DNA of 64,000 nucleotides from Brumimicrobium sp. (GCA_035497735.1 DATJCX010000019.1:4405-68404); one strand, 5' to 3'; positions 45,675-55,325 are shown, numbered from the stretch's first letter. Translations and numbers: made by a program. Notes: a model not told the origin generated them from the sequence alone.

Positions 45675-46712
45675 TTATTTCTTAATCAATCTGTATGTTT
45701 TTTCATTTCCTTTAACGGTAACTTTTATAAAGTAAACACCTTTATTTAAAGAAGAAACATTGATTTTTGTATTCATAGCATTTGGCGTTACAGTTTTTAC
45801 ACTTTCTCCTAATACGTTAATGAATTCAACTTTTTCAATTTTAGCATCTACCTTTAAATTTAAAGTCTCGCTTACAGGGTTTGGGTAGAATGATAATTCT
45901 TTAAATACATCTGTACTTAAACCAACACCTGGAGAAGTTGTAAAGTTTACCGGACCAGTCCAATCGCTTTTTGTTTCATCTTCACAAATAGCACGAACGT
46001 AAACATCATAAGATGTAGCTTCTATTAAACCTTCTAAAGTAAAAGGTGAAGTTGCAGTTACAATTGTCCCTTCTTCAACGCTAAAACCTTCTAATCCATA
46101 ACTAAGTTCAAATGTTTGATTTTCTCCTTCTGTTTCCCATTCGATAGTTGCTTCGCTATCTGAAAGAACCTGTGCAACAATAAAGCTTGGCGCTAAACAT
46201 TCAATTGGGTCTTCACCAAATGCTGTCCAAACGATGTTGTCAATGATAGACTGTCTATTTGCATCTACATCACCTACATTCTTAATTCGAATAGTAACCT
46301 CTCCATCAAGATTTATACCCTGAGAGAAAGTGTAAACATCAGGTTGATCACCTGTTCCTTCACCAAACTCATTAGTTAATCCTACTTGAACACCGTTTGC
46401 AATTATCTCTAATTGACGAATTGTCCCACCTGTAAAAGCTTTTCTAAATTCAAATGACAATGTTCCCACACCATTGGTAACCGTCCATTCAAAATAGCTA
46501 CTCACTGGCTTTCTTAACATCAAGCCTTGATCTAAAATTGGGAAATCATCCTGATCTCTACATTGTGCATAAGTAAAGGTAACTCCTTCATAGTCGAAAC
46601 TACCATCTGAATATGCAGTCGGTAATTCTAATCCTTCGAAGTCGAAATCCATTGTTCCTTGCCCGAAAGCAAATACCGGAAATAGCAAAAAAGTTAGTAA
46701 AAGTTTTCTCAT
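45675..46712 (-). CDS. Secreted protein with a fibronectin-III-like domain and a T9SS type-A C-terminal sorting domain
   Basis: Signal peptide present. The Fn3-like region is APSFIVAQVLSDSEATIEWE...YDVYVRAIC. The C-terminus SFYPNPVSETLNL...GVYFIKV...YRLIKK is the type-A CTD signature. Confidence 0.8.
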   Translation of the reverse strand: MRKLLLTFLLFPVFAFGQGTMDFDFEGLELPTAYSDGSFDYEGVTFTYAQCRDQDDFPILDQGLMLRKPVSSYFEWTVTNGVGTLSFEFRKAFTGGTIRQLEIIANGVQVGLTNEFGEGTGDQPDVYTFSQGINLDGEVTIRIKNVGDVDANRQSIIDNIVWTAFGEDPIECLAPSFIVAQVLSDSEATIEWETEGENQTFELSYGLEGFSVEEGTIVTATSPFTLEGLIEATSYDVYVRAICEDETKSDWTGPVNFTTSPGVGLSTDVFKELSFYPNPVSETLNLKVDAKIEKVEFINVLGESVKTVTPNAMNTKINVSSLNKGVYFIKVTVKGNEKTYRLIKK

Positions 46713-46844
46713 ATTATTTATATTTAATTATTGATATATATATTGCGAAATTAAGACAAATCAAGTTAACAGAAAAATTTTTTTGAAATTAAAATAACTT
46801 ATTAACAACCGTCAATTTTAATTTTTATTCGAGGAGAATAACCT

Positions 46845-46852
46845 TATCTTTG
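46845..46852 (+). promoter_or_regulatory. -7 promoter box TATCTTTG
   Basis: 30 nt upstream of the ATG at 46883. The extended context CCTTATCTTTGC is identical to the one at 50259-50270. Confidence 0.45.
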
Positions 46853-46882
46853 CTCTTTTGTAAAAAAAACAAGAAATAGAAC

Positions 46883-47788
46883 ATGTTAACAATAGACCCA
46901 AAAGAAACGCCGATTCCAATATTACATGGTTATTTAACTTCAGCAGTTGGACCACGTCCCATTGCCTTTGCTTCTACCATTGATAAAGATGGCGTTCCCA
47001 ATTTGGCACCCTTCAGTTTTTTCAATGTTTTTGGAGCAAACCCTCCTATCCTAGTGTTTTCACCAGCGAGAAGTGGGAAAACGACATTGGCTAAAGATTC
47101 ACATCTCAATGTTTTGGAAGTTCCCGAAGTAGTAATTAACGTAGTTACTTACGATATCCTTGAACAAACGATTTTAACTTCAGCTGCTTTTGACAAAGGA
47201 GTAGATGAGTTTACAAAGAGTGGATTAACACCTATTGCTTCTGACTTGGTAAAACCATTTAGAGTTAAGGAATCTCCTGTTCAAATGGAATGCAAAGTTT
47301 TACAAGTCATCGAAACGGGTCAAGGTGGTGCTGCTGGTAACTTAGTTATTTGCGAAGTTGTTAGAATGCACATCGATGAATCTGTTCTGGATGAAAATCA
47401 ATTAATCGACCCTTTGAAGATAGATTTAGTTGGTCGTCTTGGAAGAGACTGGCATTGTCGACCACATACAAATACACATAATTCAATGTTTCAAATGAAG
47501 CAAGTTTTGAGAGATGTTGTTATTGGTTACGACCAAATTCCACAAGATATCAAAGAAAGTAGCGTACTAAGTGCCAAAGACATCTACAAATTAGGAATGA
47601 TAAAAGAATTGCCAAATGAAACAGATGTTAATGAATATAAATTAATAGAATTATCAGAATTATTCATATCTTTAGAAGATGAAGCGTCTGAATTAGAACA
47701 AGAGCTTCATAAAATAGCTAAAAAACATATAGAAAATAACGAGCTTGAATTGGCTTGGAAAACGCTATTAACATTTAATAATCAATAA
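46883..47788 (+). CDS. Flavin reductase-like (FMN-binding split-barrel) protein with a ~100-aa C-terminal extension
   Basis: RPIAFASTIDKDGVPNLAPFSFFN core. Confidence 0.7.
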   Translation: MLTIDPKETPIPILHGYLTSAVGPRPIAFASTIDKDGVPNLAPFSFFNVFGANPPILVFSPARSGKTTLAKDSHLNVLEVPEVVINVVTYDILEQTILTSAAFDKGVDEFTKSGLTPIASDLVKPFRVKESPVQMECKVLQVIETGQGGAAGNLVICEVVRMHIDESVLDENQLIDPLKIDLVGRLGRDWHCRPHTNTHNSMFQMKQVLRDVVIGYDQIPQDIKESSVLSAKDIYKLGMIKELPNETDVNEYKLIELSELFISLEDEASELEQELHKIAKKHIENNELELAWKTLLTFNNQ

Positions 47789-47801
47789 AAAAACAACAGT
47801 T

Positions 47802-48191
47802 ATGTTTACCCTTACAGGAACAGTAAAAGTAAAAAAAGACACGGAACAAGTGACTCCAACTTTCTCAAAAAGAGAATTTGTAGTCACAGATGCATCAGGA
47901 ATGTACCCACAAGACATCCTTTTTCAATTAACTCAAGAACGCACGTCTCTATTAGACAATATCAATGAAAATGACATTGTAAATGTGTCTTTCAATCTTA
48001 GAGGACGTGAGTGGACAAATCCACAAGGAGAAGTAAAGTACTTCAACTCATTAGACGCTTGGAGAATTGATAAAGCACAAGGAGGAACACCTGGTAATGC
48101 AATGCCACAAAATCAACAAGCTGCGGCACCAATCACACCTGATTCTGCTCAAACATTAGTGGATGAGTCTGATGATGATTTACCATTCTAG
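47802..48191 (+). CDS. DUF3127-like OB-fold protein
   Basis: MFTLTGTVKVKKDTEQVT.TFSKREFVV...FNLRGREW...YFNSLDAWRI, then a low-complexity acidic tail ending DDDLPF that resembles an SSB tail. Confidence 0.6.
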   Translation: MFTLTGTVKVKKDTEQVTPTFSKREFVVTDASGMYPQDILFQLTQERTSLLDNINENDIVNVSFNLRGREWTNPQGEVKYFNSLDAWRIDKAQGGTPGNAMPQNQQAAAPITPDSAQTLVDESDDDLPF

Positions 48192-48214
48192 GTTTTAAAA
48201 ATCTTAAGAAATTG

Positions 48215-48247
48215 AAAAGGTTTTGTGAATCACAAAACCTTTTTTTT
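48215..48247 (+). terminator. Rho-independent terminator
   Basis: AAAAGGTTTTGTG-aat-CACAAAACCTTTT stem followed by a T-run. Confidence 0.8.
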
Positions 48248-48263
48248 ATGCCGAATTTTTTAA

Positions 48264-48300
48264 AGAAAAAAACAGTAGCCAACTTTCATCGACTACTGTT
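48264..48300 (-). terminator. Terminator for the methionine gamma-lyase-like gene
   Basis: AACAGTAG/CTACTGTT stem with a 14-nt loop, followed by T6-7 on the minus strand. Confidence 0.55.
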
Positions 48301-48324
48301 ATCCTATAAGCTATTTATTAGTGA

Positions 48325-49575
48325 CTATTTTACTTGCGCAAGGGCATGCTCAATATCAGAAATTAAATCATTTGCATCTTCTACCCCAACTGATAAACGA
48401 ACCAATGTGTCGCTAATTCCGATACGAGCTTGCTCTTCAGGAGCAACAGCACAGTGTGTCATTGATTTTGGGTGTTGAATTAAACTTTCAGTACTTCCTA
48501 AACTCACTGCTAACTGAATCAAGCTTAGGTTATTTAAAAACTGGAAAGCTTCTTTCTCTCCACCTTTTAAGTAGATTGAAATCATTGCTCCAGGAGAAGT
48601 GTATTGACGTTTGTAAATGTCATAATCTCTCGTATTTTCTTCTAATAAACCTAAGTAATTGATTTTCTCAATTTTCGGATGATTTTTAAGGTAAAGCGCG
48701 ATTTTCTCAGCACTTGTTGCTTGTCTTTCCATACGGATACTTAATGTTTCCAAACTTCTAGTCAGTAACCATGAAGTATGTGCTCCAGCCATGTTTCCAA
48801 GGAAAGTTCTTAATACTTTCACTCTACCCATCACTTCAGCAGTTCCTAAAACAGCACCAGCAATCAAGTCACTATGTCCACCGATGTACTTTGTTGCAGA
48901 GTAAACAGCTAAGTCCGCTCCCATCTCTAATGGTTTTGACCATACAGGTCCCATAAAAGTATTGTCCACGCAAACGTAAGTTTTGTCGTCTCCATTCTTA
49001 AACTTCTTTGCAACTCTTGCACACATTTCGATATCGATTAATGCATTTGTTGGATTAGCAGGTGTTTCCAAATAAATTAGACCTAATTTATCCGCCTTTC
49101 CTGAATTGTTAATCATTTCAATTAACTCTTCTTCCGTAGTTTCTGCGTAAAATGGAATAGATGAAATTCCGATTTTTTGTAGGTAATCGTGAATAAAATG
49201 GTCTGTTCCACCATAAACAGGAGAACTATATACCAGTAATTCACCTGGCTTTAAGAATTCTAATAAAATAGTACTAATCGCTGCCATTCCACTTTCAAAA
49301 ACTGCACTGTCAGCAGCTTTGTCCCAAAGTGATAAGCGATTTTCTAAAATTTCTAAGTTAGGATTATTGATTCTACTATAAATCAATCCCAATTCCTCTC
49401 CTTCTTCTTTTTGGTTGATTCCGTATGCTAAAGAGAAAAATCTTTTTCCTTCTTCTGCTGTTTTAAAAACAAAAGTTGAAGTTTGAAATATTGGGGTTTT
49501 GATTGATCCTTCTGATAATTCCGCTTTATATCCATGCGTCATCATCAAACTTTCAGGCTTAAAATTATTGCTCAT
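48325..49575 (-). CDS. Cys/Met-metabolism PLP-dependent enzyme, methionine gamma-lyase-like
   Basis: The YSATKYIGGHSD PLP-lysine motif is present. The start is set at MSNNFKPESLMMTHGY. A divergent Lrp-type regulator sits next to it. Confidence 0.75.
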   Translation of the reverse strand: MSNNFKPESLMMTHGYKAELSEGSIKTPIFQTSTFVFKTAEEGKRFFSLAYGINQKEEGEELGLIYSRINNPNLEILENRLSLWDKAADSAVFESGMAAISTILLEFLKPGELLVYSSPVYGGTDHFIHDYLQKIGISSIPFYAETTEEELIEMINNSGKADKLGLIYLETPANPTNALIDIEMCARVAKKFKNGDDKTYVCVDNTFMGPVWSKPLEMGADLAVYSATKYIGGHSDLIAGAVLGTAEVMGRVKVLRTFLGNMAGAHTSWLLTRSLETLSIRMERQATSAEKIALYLKNHPKIEKINYLGLLEENTRDYDIYKRQYTSPGAMISIYLKGGEKEAFQFLNNLSLIQLAVSLGSTESLIQHPKSMTHCAVAPEEQARIGISDTLVRLSVGVEDANDLISDIEHALAQVK

Positions 49576-49596
49576 TGTTAAATATTTTGTTTCTAA

Positions 49597-49604
49597 CAAA
49601 AATA
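49597..49604 (-). promoter_or_regulatory. -7 promoter box TATTTTTG (minus strand)
   Basis: Plus-strand CAAAAATA, 21 nt upstream of the ATG at 49575. Confidence 0.45.
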
Positions 49605-49727
49605 GTGATATACTTTTAAAAATCCGTCGACACCTTAAATTTTAGTAAAATACTCTATATTTACAAAATAAACAGAACTAAAGAACTGTAAACTGAAGAA
49701 AAACGATATTTATCAGAATAAAAGACT

Positions 49728-50177
49728 ATGATTAATACAATTGACGAAATTGATAAGCTGATTATTCAGCTACTAAAAGAAGATGCGAAAATGAGTACAA
49801 AGGAAATTGCTGATAAAGTAGGCATTAGTAAGACTCCTGTTTACGAGCGCATCAAGAAATTAGAGAAGAATGGAATCATAGAAAAATACATAGCGGTCAT
49901 TGACAATAAAAAATTAATCAATGGAATGTTTGTCTTTTGTTCTGTTTCATTAGATGTTCAGAAACTAAAAGAAATTGAACTATTCAAAGAAGAAGTAAAG
50001 CGCTTACCCGAAGTTTTGGAATGCTACCTTATGGGAGGAGCAAATGATTTTTTATTAAAAGTTTTGGTGAGAAATCTCGATGATTATCATCAATTCTCTT
50101 CTGGAAAATTGGCAGCTCTAAACAATGTCAATCAAATCAAAAGTACTTTCGTTTTAGATGTTGTTAAAAAAGAGTAA
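49728..50177 (+). CDS. Lrp/AsnC-family transcriptional regulator
   Basis: The N-terminal HTH is DKLIIQLLKEDAKMSTKEIADKVGISKTPVYERIKKLEKNGII. A C-terminal RAM-like domain follows. Confidence 0.85.
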   Translation: MINTIDEIDKLIIQLLKEDAKMSTKEIADKVGISKTPVYERIKKLEKNGIIEKYIAVIDNKKLINGMFVFCSVSLDVQKLKEIELFKEEVKRLPEVLECYLMGGANDFLLKVLVRNLDDYHQFSSGKLAALNNVNQIKSTFVLDVVKKE

Positions 50178-50260
50178 TAGCGGTTTTAGCTTTCCAATTA
50201 TGACTACTTATAACTTCGTAGAGTGTAACTTAAATTACTTATTTTAATAGGAAGTATCCT

Positions 50261-50268
50261 TATCTTTG
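50261..50268 (+). promoter_or_regulatory. -7 promoter box TATCTTTG
   Basis: 50 nt upstream of the ATG at 50319. Confidence 0.4.
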
Positions 50269-50318
50269 CACCGTCTTTAAAAGACATATATTAAAATTGG
50301 ACAAAAACATCTATAATT

Positions 50319-50894
50319 ATGATTGATACAACGACAAATATCATTTCTTGGGAAGAGTACCTTGACATGTTTGATCAAATAATAAACGCTGACTCACCAG
50401 CAGCACCATACGATAATCCCGACTACTTTCAATACACGAAATTAAACAACAGTCGTATGTTGAGATGGCTGAAAACAGGAACTATCACTGAAGAAACAGC
50501 AACAGTAATTAACAACATTAAGGAACCACAAACTTGGTACTTAATTCTTGAACCATGGTGTGGAGATGCAGCACATTTAACACCTTTTATTCAAAAGATG
50601 GCTGCTTTAAATGCTAATATTGATTTGAAAATTGTTTTAAGAGACACTGAGCCATTTATGATTGATGACTATCTAACAAATGGAGGAAAGTCAATTCCAA
50701 AACTGGTTATTAGAGATGCCGACGGAAAAGACTTACATGTTTGGGGTCCACGTCCAGTCAAAGCACAAGAGCTTTACTTACAATTAAAAGAAGCCAACAA
50801 AGATTTAGAAGAGCAAAAGTTGGAACTTCAAAAATGGTATAATAAAGACAAGGGAGAAGAAATTCAAAAAGAATTCAGAGATATCTTAGGATAA
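50319..50894 (+). CDS. Thioredoxin-fold family protein
   Basis: 191 aa. LILEPWCGDAAH sits at the position of a thioredoxin-like active site but has a single Cys. Confidence 0.55.
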   Translation: MIDTTTNIISWEEYLDMFDQIINADSPAAPYDNPDYFQYTKLNNSRMLRWLKTGTITEETATVINNIKEPQTWYLILEPWCGDAAHLTPFIQKMAALNANIDLKIVLRDTEPFMIDDYLTNGGKSIPKLVIRDADGKDLHVWGPRPVKAQELYLQLKEANKDLEEQKLELQKWYNKDKGEEIQKEFRDILG

Positions 50895-50899
50895 AATCG

Positions 50900-50907
50900 T
50901 AATTTTG
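50900..50907 (+). promoter_or_regulatory. -7 promoter box TAATTTTG
   Basis: 33 nt upstream of the ATG at 50941. Confidence 0.4.
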
Positions 50908-50940
50908 TATTCTACTAATTTGTAGATTAGAAAATAACAT

Positions 50941-51945
50941 ATGATTTCAACTGAAGATAAATCTAAGATAAAAGATAAAAACATTCTTGTAACCGGTGGA
51001 GCTGGATTTATCGGCTCCAACCTTTGCGAGTATCTATTAGAATTAGGAGCAAAAGTTACTTGCTTTGACAATTTATCTACCGGTTTTAAACACAATATAA
51101 CACCCCTTTTAAGCAATCCTAACTTCTGTTTCGTCGAAGCTGACATTAGAGATTTAGAAGCTTGTATGTCGGCCTGTAAAGATCAGGACTACATTCTTCA
51201 TCAGGCGGCCCTAGGTTCCGTTCCTCGTTCTATCAATGATCCAATTGCGACCAACGACACGAACATTAATGGTTTCCTTAACATGCTTGTAGCGGCGAGA
51301 GACAATGGTGTAAAACGCTTCGTTTACGCTGCGAGTAGTTCTACTTATGGAGATTCTGAAAACCTACCGAAAGTTGAACACATCATCGGAAAACCGCTTT
51401 CTCCTTATGCAGTTACGAAATACGTTAATGAATTATACGCTGATGTTTTTGCTAAGACATATGGCATTGAAACAATAGGATTACGATACTTCAATGTTTT
51501 CGGAAGAAAACAAGACCCAAATGGAGCTTATGCTGCAGTTATTCCTTTATTTGTGAAGAAATTTATGGACCATGAAAGTCCGATAATCAACGGAGACGGA
51601 ACTTTCTCTCGCGACTTCACATACATCGACAATGTCATTCAAATGAATTTATTGGCGTTGACAACGGAGAATAAGGAGGCATTAAATCAAATTTATAACA
51701 CAGCTGTAGGTGACAGAACGACTCTTTTAGAGTTAACTGAAATGTTAAGAAAACAGTTATCAAATTATGACTCTGCAATTGCTCAAGTTGAAATCAAGCA
51801 TGGTCCAAACAGAAAAGGAGACATTCCACATTCTTTAGCTTCTATTGAAAAAGCAGAGAGATTGTTAAACTATTCCCCAACTCATAAAGTTGAAGCAGGA
51901 ATTGAAGAAGCAATTAAATGGTATGTAAAGAATTTGAAATCGTAG
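50941..51945 (+). CDS. NAD-dependent nucleotide-sugar epimerase/dehydratase (extended SDR, WbpP/TviC-like)
   Basis: VTGGAGFIGSNL Rossmann motif and YAVTKYVNE (YxxxK). Confidence 0.8.
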   Translation: MISTEDKSKIKDKNILVTGGAGFIGSNLCEYLLELGAKVTCFDNLSTGFKHNITPLLSNPNFCFVEADIRDLEACMSACKDQDYILHQAALGSVPRSINDPIATNDTNINGFLNMLVAARDNGVKRFVYAASSSTYGDSENLPKVEHIIGKPLSPYAVTKYVNELYADVFAKTYGIETIGLRYFNVFGRKQDPNGAYAAVIPLFVKKFMDHESPIINGDGTFSRDFTYIDNVIQMNLLALTTENKEALNQIYNTAVGDRTTLLELTEMLRKQLSNYDSAIAQVEIKHGPNRKGDIPHSLASIEKAERLLNYSPTHKVEAGIEEAIKWYVKNLKS

Positions 51946-52024
51946 TAAATTTCAACAATTCACCTATAGCAAATAGCTCATTAAAGTTTATTAAAGAAGT
52001 GACTTATTGAAAGTGGCATACTTT

Positions 52025-52723
52025 TTAAGGTGTTGAAATACTTACCGGTAATACCTTCCCATTGAAGTAATTTCCTGTTTTTAAAGCAAAGTCAACAATA
52101 AATTGCGCAATTTCCACCGGTTGCATTGGAGCTTGAGCGCCTGGAAAAGCTGCTTCAAACATTTCAGTTTGTACAGCACCTAAACACAAGCAATTCATTT
52201 TGATTTTCGTTTCCTTATATTCTTCAGCAAACAATTCTGTAAAACTAGCTATTCCAGCTTTTGAAGTTGAATAGGCTGACAGTTCAGGAAATTTCACACT
52301 ACCTTGAAAAGCACCCATTGAAGAAATATTAAGAATATGTCCACCATGTTCTAGCATTTTTGGAACAAAATACTGCGTTGCGTAAATAGCACCAATAGAA
52401 TTCACTTGGTAACACGCATCAATATCCTCTCTTGTTAATTCTAGAAAAGGTTTTTTAATCAATAATCCAGCGTTATTAATCAGAATGTCAACACGTGGAA
52501 AAGTTGATAAGACAAGTTCTAACTCTTGGTGTAAATTCTCAGAAGCGAGATCGATTTGTCCTGTTACAACATTCTCTTGCGTATAATCTGCTTGCATCTG
52601 CTTTAGATTACGAGAAAGTGCAATAACAGTATTTGATTTGTCTTTGGCTAGTTGTAAAACAATGGCTTTCCCAATTCCACGACTTGCACCGACAACAGCA
52701 ATAACTTTAGATGTCATAATCAA
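52025..52723 (-). CDS. Classical short-chain dehydrogenase/reductase
   Basis: VVGASRGIG cofactor motif, NNAG, and YSTSK (YxxxK). It overlaps the upstream reductase gene by about 11-17 nt. Confidence 0.8.
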   Translation of the reverse strand: MIMTSKVIAVVGASRGIGKAIVLQLAKDKSNTVIALSRNLKQMQADYTQENVVTGQIDLASENLHQELELVLSTFPRVDILINNAGLLIKKPFLELTREDIDACYQVNSIGAIYATQYFVPKMLEHGGHILNISSMGAFQGSVKFPELSAYSTSKAGIASFTELFAEEYKETKIKMNCLCLGAVQTEMFEAAFPGAQAPMQPVEIAQFIVDFALKTGNYFNGKVLPVSISTP

Positions 52724-53819
52724 TCTTTACAACTGGACTATTTGGATGTGCTTGACAAGTCAAAGTAAACCCTTGTTCAACCTCTTCGTCAGTCAAAGCA
52801 AAGTTCTTATCCATAGTTACAGAACCTTCCGTTACTTTTGCTTTACAGCTTGTACAGATTCCACCTCTACAAGAGTAAGGAGCGTCCATACCATGACTTT
52901 CTGCTTCTCCTAGGATAGTATCACCTTTTGCTGCTAAATCAAAAGTTTCTTCTTCTCCGCCTAACTTAACAGTTACTTTGGCAACACCTTCAAACTTTTC
53001 TGCTGGTTCAGCTGTTTTATTACCCACCATTTCTACAGGTGTAGTAAACAGTTCGTAGTTGATTTTATTTTCTGCAACACCAAAAGTATCCAAAACTTTT
53101 ATCACATTCATCACCACTTGCTCTGGTCCACAAACGTAGAAACCTTTAGCACGCAACAATGATAAGTCAGCTCTAAATATATTCATCAACACATCTTCTG
53201 TCAACATACCGTGAAGGAAGCCTTCTTTTTCTTGATCAGAAAAAACATGTGTAACTTTCACTTTATTTCCTTCTAGTTCAGAAAGATCATTCTCAAACAT
53301 TATCGTTTGGTCAGTTCTATTTCCGTAGAAAAGTCTCATTTCTCTATTCTCCGATTTCTCGATAGCCTTCGCCATAGATAAAATAGGTGTAATTCCAGAA
53401 CCTGCAGCAATTGCAACAAAAGTTCCGTCCTCTTTTTCAGGAAGTGTAAAGTTCCCCATAGGAAAACTAACTTCCATTTCATCACCTTCCTTTAGTCTGT
53501 CATTTAAGAAAGCCGACACATATCCGTCTTCTATCTTTTTTACTCCGACAGCCAAACCTTCATCTTCTCCACTACAAATAGAATAAGAACGTCTCACTTT
53601 TTCACCATCAATAACAACATCTAAGTTGACATATTGACCAGCAACAAAAGTGAATTTATCCTTTAACTCCGCAGGGATTTCAAATTCAATTTTAACAGCG
53701 TCTTTAATTAAACGCTCTATTTTAAGAACCTTCAAAGTTGCGCTTGAAACAGACATTTTATTATCTGTAGCAACTTCAGATTTCTTTTTTCCTCCAAAAA
53801 GTGACTTAAAAAAACTCAT
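52707..53819 (-). CDS. PaaE-like ferredoxin-NAD(P) reductase paralog (FAD/NAD-binding + C-terminal plant-type 2Fe-2S)
   Basis: RRSYSICS FAD motif, AAGSGITP, and the C-terminus CRGGICTSCKAKV...LTCQAHP. It is clearly paralogous to the adjacent paaE. The first 21 codons (MSFFKSLFGGKKK...) may be a spurious extension. Confidence 0.75.
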   Translation of the reverse strand: MSFFKSLFGGKKKSEVATDNKMSVSSATLKVLKIERLIKDAVKIEFEIPAELKDKFTFVAGQYVNLDVVIDGEKVRRSYSICSGEDEGLAVGVKKIEDGYVSAFLNDRLKEGDEMEVSFPMGNFTLPEKEDGTFVAIAAGSGITPILSMAKAIEKSENREMRLFYGNRTDQTIMFENDLSELEGNKVKVTHVFSDQEKEGFLHGMLTEDVLMNIFRADLSLLRAKGFYVCGPEQVVMNVIKVLDTFGVAENKINYELFTTPVEMVGNKTAEPAEKFEGVAKVTVKLGGEEETFDLAAKGDTILGEAESHGMDAPYSCRGGICTSCKAKVTEGSVTMDKNFALTDEEVEQGFTLTCQAHPNSPVVKIDYDI

Positions 53820-53846
53820 AACAATAAATCATTTAAAGACGATAAA

Positions 53847-54923
53847 TTAATCGTCATACGATACAATAATTTTCGCTGTAGTTGGATGCGCTTGACAAGT
53901 TAAAATATATCCTTGCTCTAGTTCATCTTCCTCTAATGCATAATTTTTATCCATGATTGCTTCACCTTCTAAAACCTTCGCTTTACAAGTTGAGCAAACA
54001 CCACCTTTACACGAGTATGGAGCATCTACCCCACCCTCAATTGCAACATCAAGAATGCTTGGTCCATCTTTTTTGATAGCCATAACAACTTGTTCGTCGT
54101 CCATAATAACGGTCATTTCCGTCAATTCTGCGACTGTATTCGATACAGACTTAGTTGCTGTACTTTTCTTATCATCATCTGGTGAAGAGAACAGTTCAAA
54201 ATGAATATTATCAGAAGGCATTCCTGCTTCTTCAAACACATCTTTAACTGCGAATATCATTGGTTCTGGGCCACATACAAACACTTCATCATAATGCGTT
54301 TCTTTGAACAACGTTTGCTTAAACTCGCTCACCTTTTCTTTATTCAATAAACCTTCAAATAAATCAACTCCAATTTTCTCTTCATTAAAGACATGAATCA
54401 AATCAAATCTCGTCATGAATTCATTTTTGATATGCTCTAGTTCTTCTCTGAAAATAATATGGTTAAACCCTCTATTTCCGTAAACCAAAGTAACTTTACT
54501 ATTCGGTGCTTTATGCAGAATCGTCTTTATATGAGACATAATTGGTGTAACCCCACTTCCTCCTGCGAAAAACAAGAATGATTTTGCTGTATTTTCATCA
54601 ATACTATAAGTAAAAACGCCTGAAGGTGTCATTACTTCAACACTATCACCCGTTTTCAGCTCCGTATTTGCATAGGTAGAAAACTTTCCAAAAGGTTGCA
54701 TTTTAATTGCTACTCTTAACTCATTTTCAAAATCAGCTGTACAAATGGAATAAGAACGTCTTACTTCTTCTCCATTTATGATCGCTTTAAAGTTAAGGTG
54801 TTGCCCAGCTTGATACAGATATGCGTTTTTCAACTCTTCTGGAACTTCTAGTGCAATTGAAACAGCATCTTCTGTTTCCTTTCTAATATCTTTAATTGTT
54901 AAATTGTGAAATCTCGGCTTCAT
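53847..54923 (-). CDS. paaE: 1,2-phenylacetyl-CoA epoxidase reductase subunit PaaE
   Basis: MKPRFHNLTIKDIRKET...RRSYSICT, GGSGVTP, and CKGGVCSTCKAKV...LTCQAHP. It is divergent from paaABCD. Confidence 0.8.
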   Translation of the reverse strand: MKPRFHNLTIKDIRKETEDAVSIALEVPEELKNAYLYQAGQHLNFKAIINGEEVRRSYSICTADFENELRVAIKMQPFGKFSTYANTELKTGDSVEVMTPSGVFTYSIDENTAKSFLFFAGGSGVTPIMSHIKTILHKAPNSKVTLVYGNRGFNHIIFREELEHIKNEFMTRFDLIHVFNEEKIGVDLFEGLLNKEKVSEFKQTLFKETHYDEVFVCGPEPMIFAVKDVFEEAGMPSDNIHFELFSSPDDDKKSTATKSVSNTVAELTEMTVIMDDEQVVMAIKKDGPSILDVAIEGGVDAPYSCKGGVCSTCKAKVLEGEAIMDKNYALEEDELEQGYILTCQAHPTTAKIIVSYDD

Positions 54924-54928
54924 GGTCT

Positions 54929-54944
54929 AAATTTAGCTAAATTT
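54929..54944. promoter_or_regulatory. Perfect 16-bp palindrome AAATTTAGCTAAATTT in the paaE leader
   Basis: Read directly. It begins 5 nt upstream of the paaE start codon. Confidence 0.3.
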
Positions 54945-55317
54945 TAAAGTGCAAAAATAACAAGAATTACCTGATTTTTTGAGTTCCAGCTGAAAAACTT
55001 TACTTTCATTTGTTTACCGAATAGTTTTAGCGGACAAAAGGGCTTTTTTAATGGATAATGGGGAAAGCCATTTTGAATTCTATTTAAATTACAATTATCA
55101 ATCTATAAAGTAAAAAAACAGTCAATGGCCTAAAATGTTCACTGATAAAATCGCATTATATCACAAATTTTATTCTTTTTAGACAGCTACTTTTTTTCTA
55201 TTTCCCATTAGCAGTTTAAGATTCTTCATTTAAGTTACAATCTTTCCGTTTAAACTGATAAATATCACATTTAAAAATCATTTACTTCTCCCGTTCTTTA
55301 AAACCAAAAAAAAATCG

Positions 55318-55325
55318 TATTTTTG
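55318..55325 (+). promoter_or_regulatory. -7 promoter box TATTTTTG
   Basis: 43 nt upstream of the paaA ATG at 55369. Confidence 0.45.

Noticed and set aside
48212-48478. 88-aa plus-strand ORF
   Set aside because: It starts inside the terminator region and runs antisense into the methionine gamma-lyase-like gene.
55062-55124. 20-codon ORF (MDNGESHFEFYLNYNYQSIK) in the paaE/paaA intergenic region
   Set aside because: There is no supporting signal, and it is probably a chance ORF. I noted it only because the intergenic region is unusually long.
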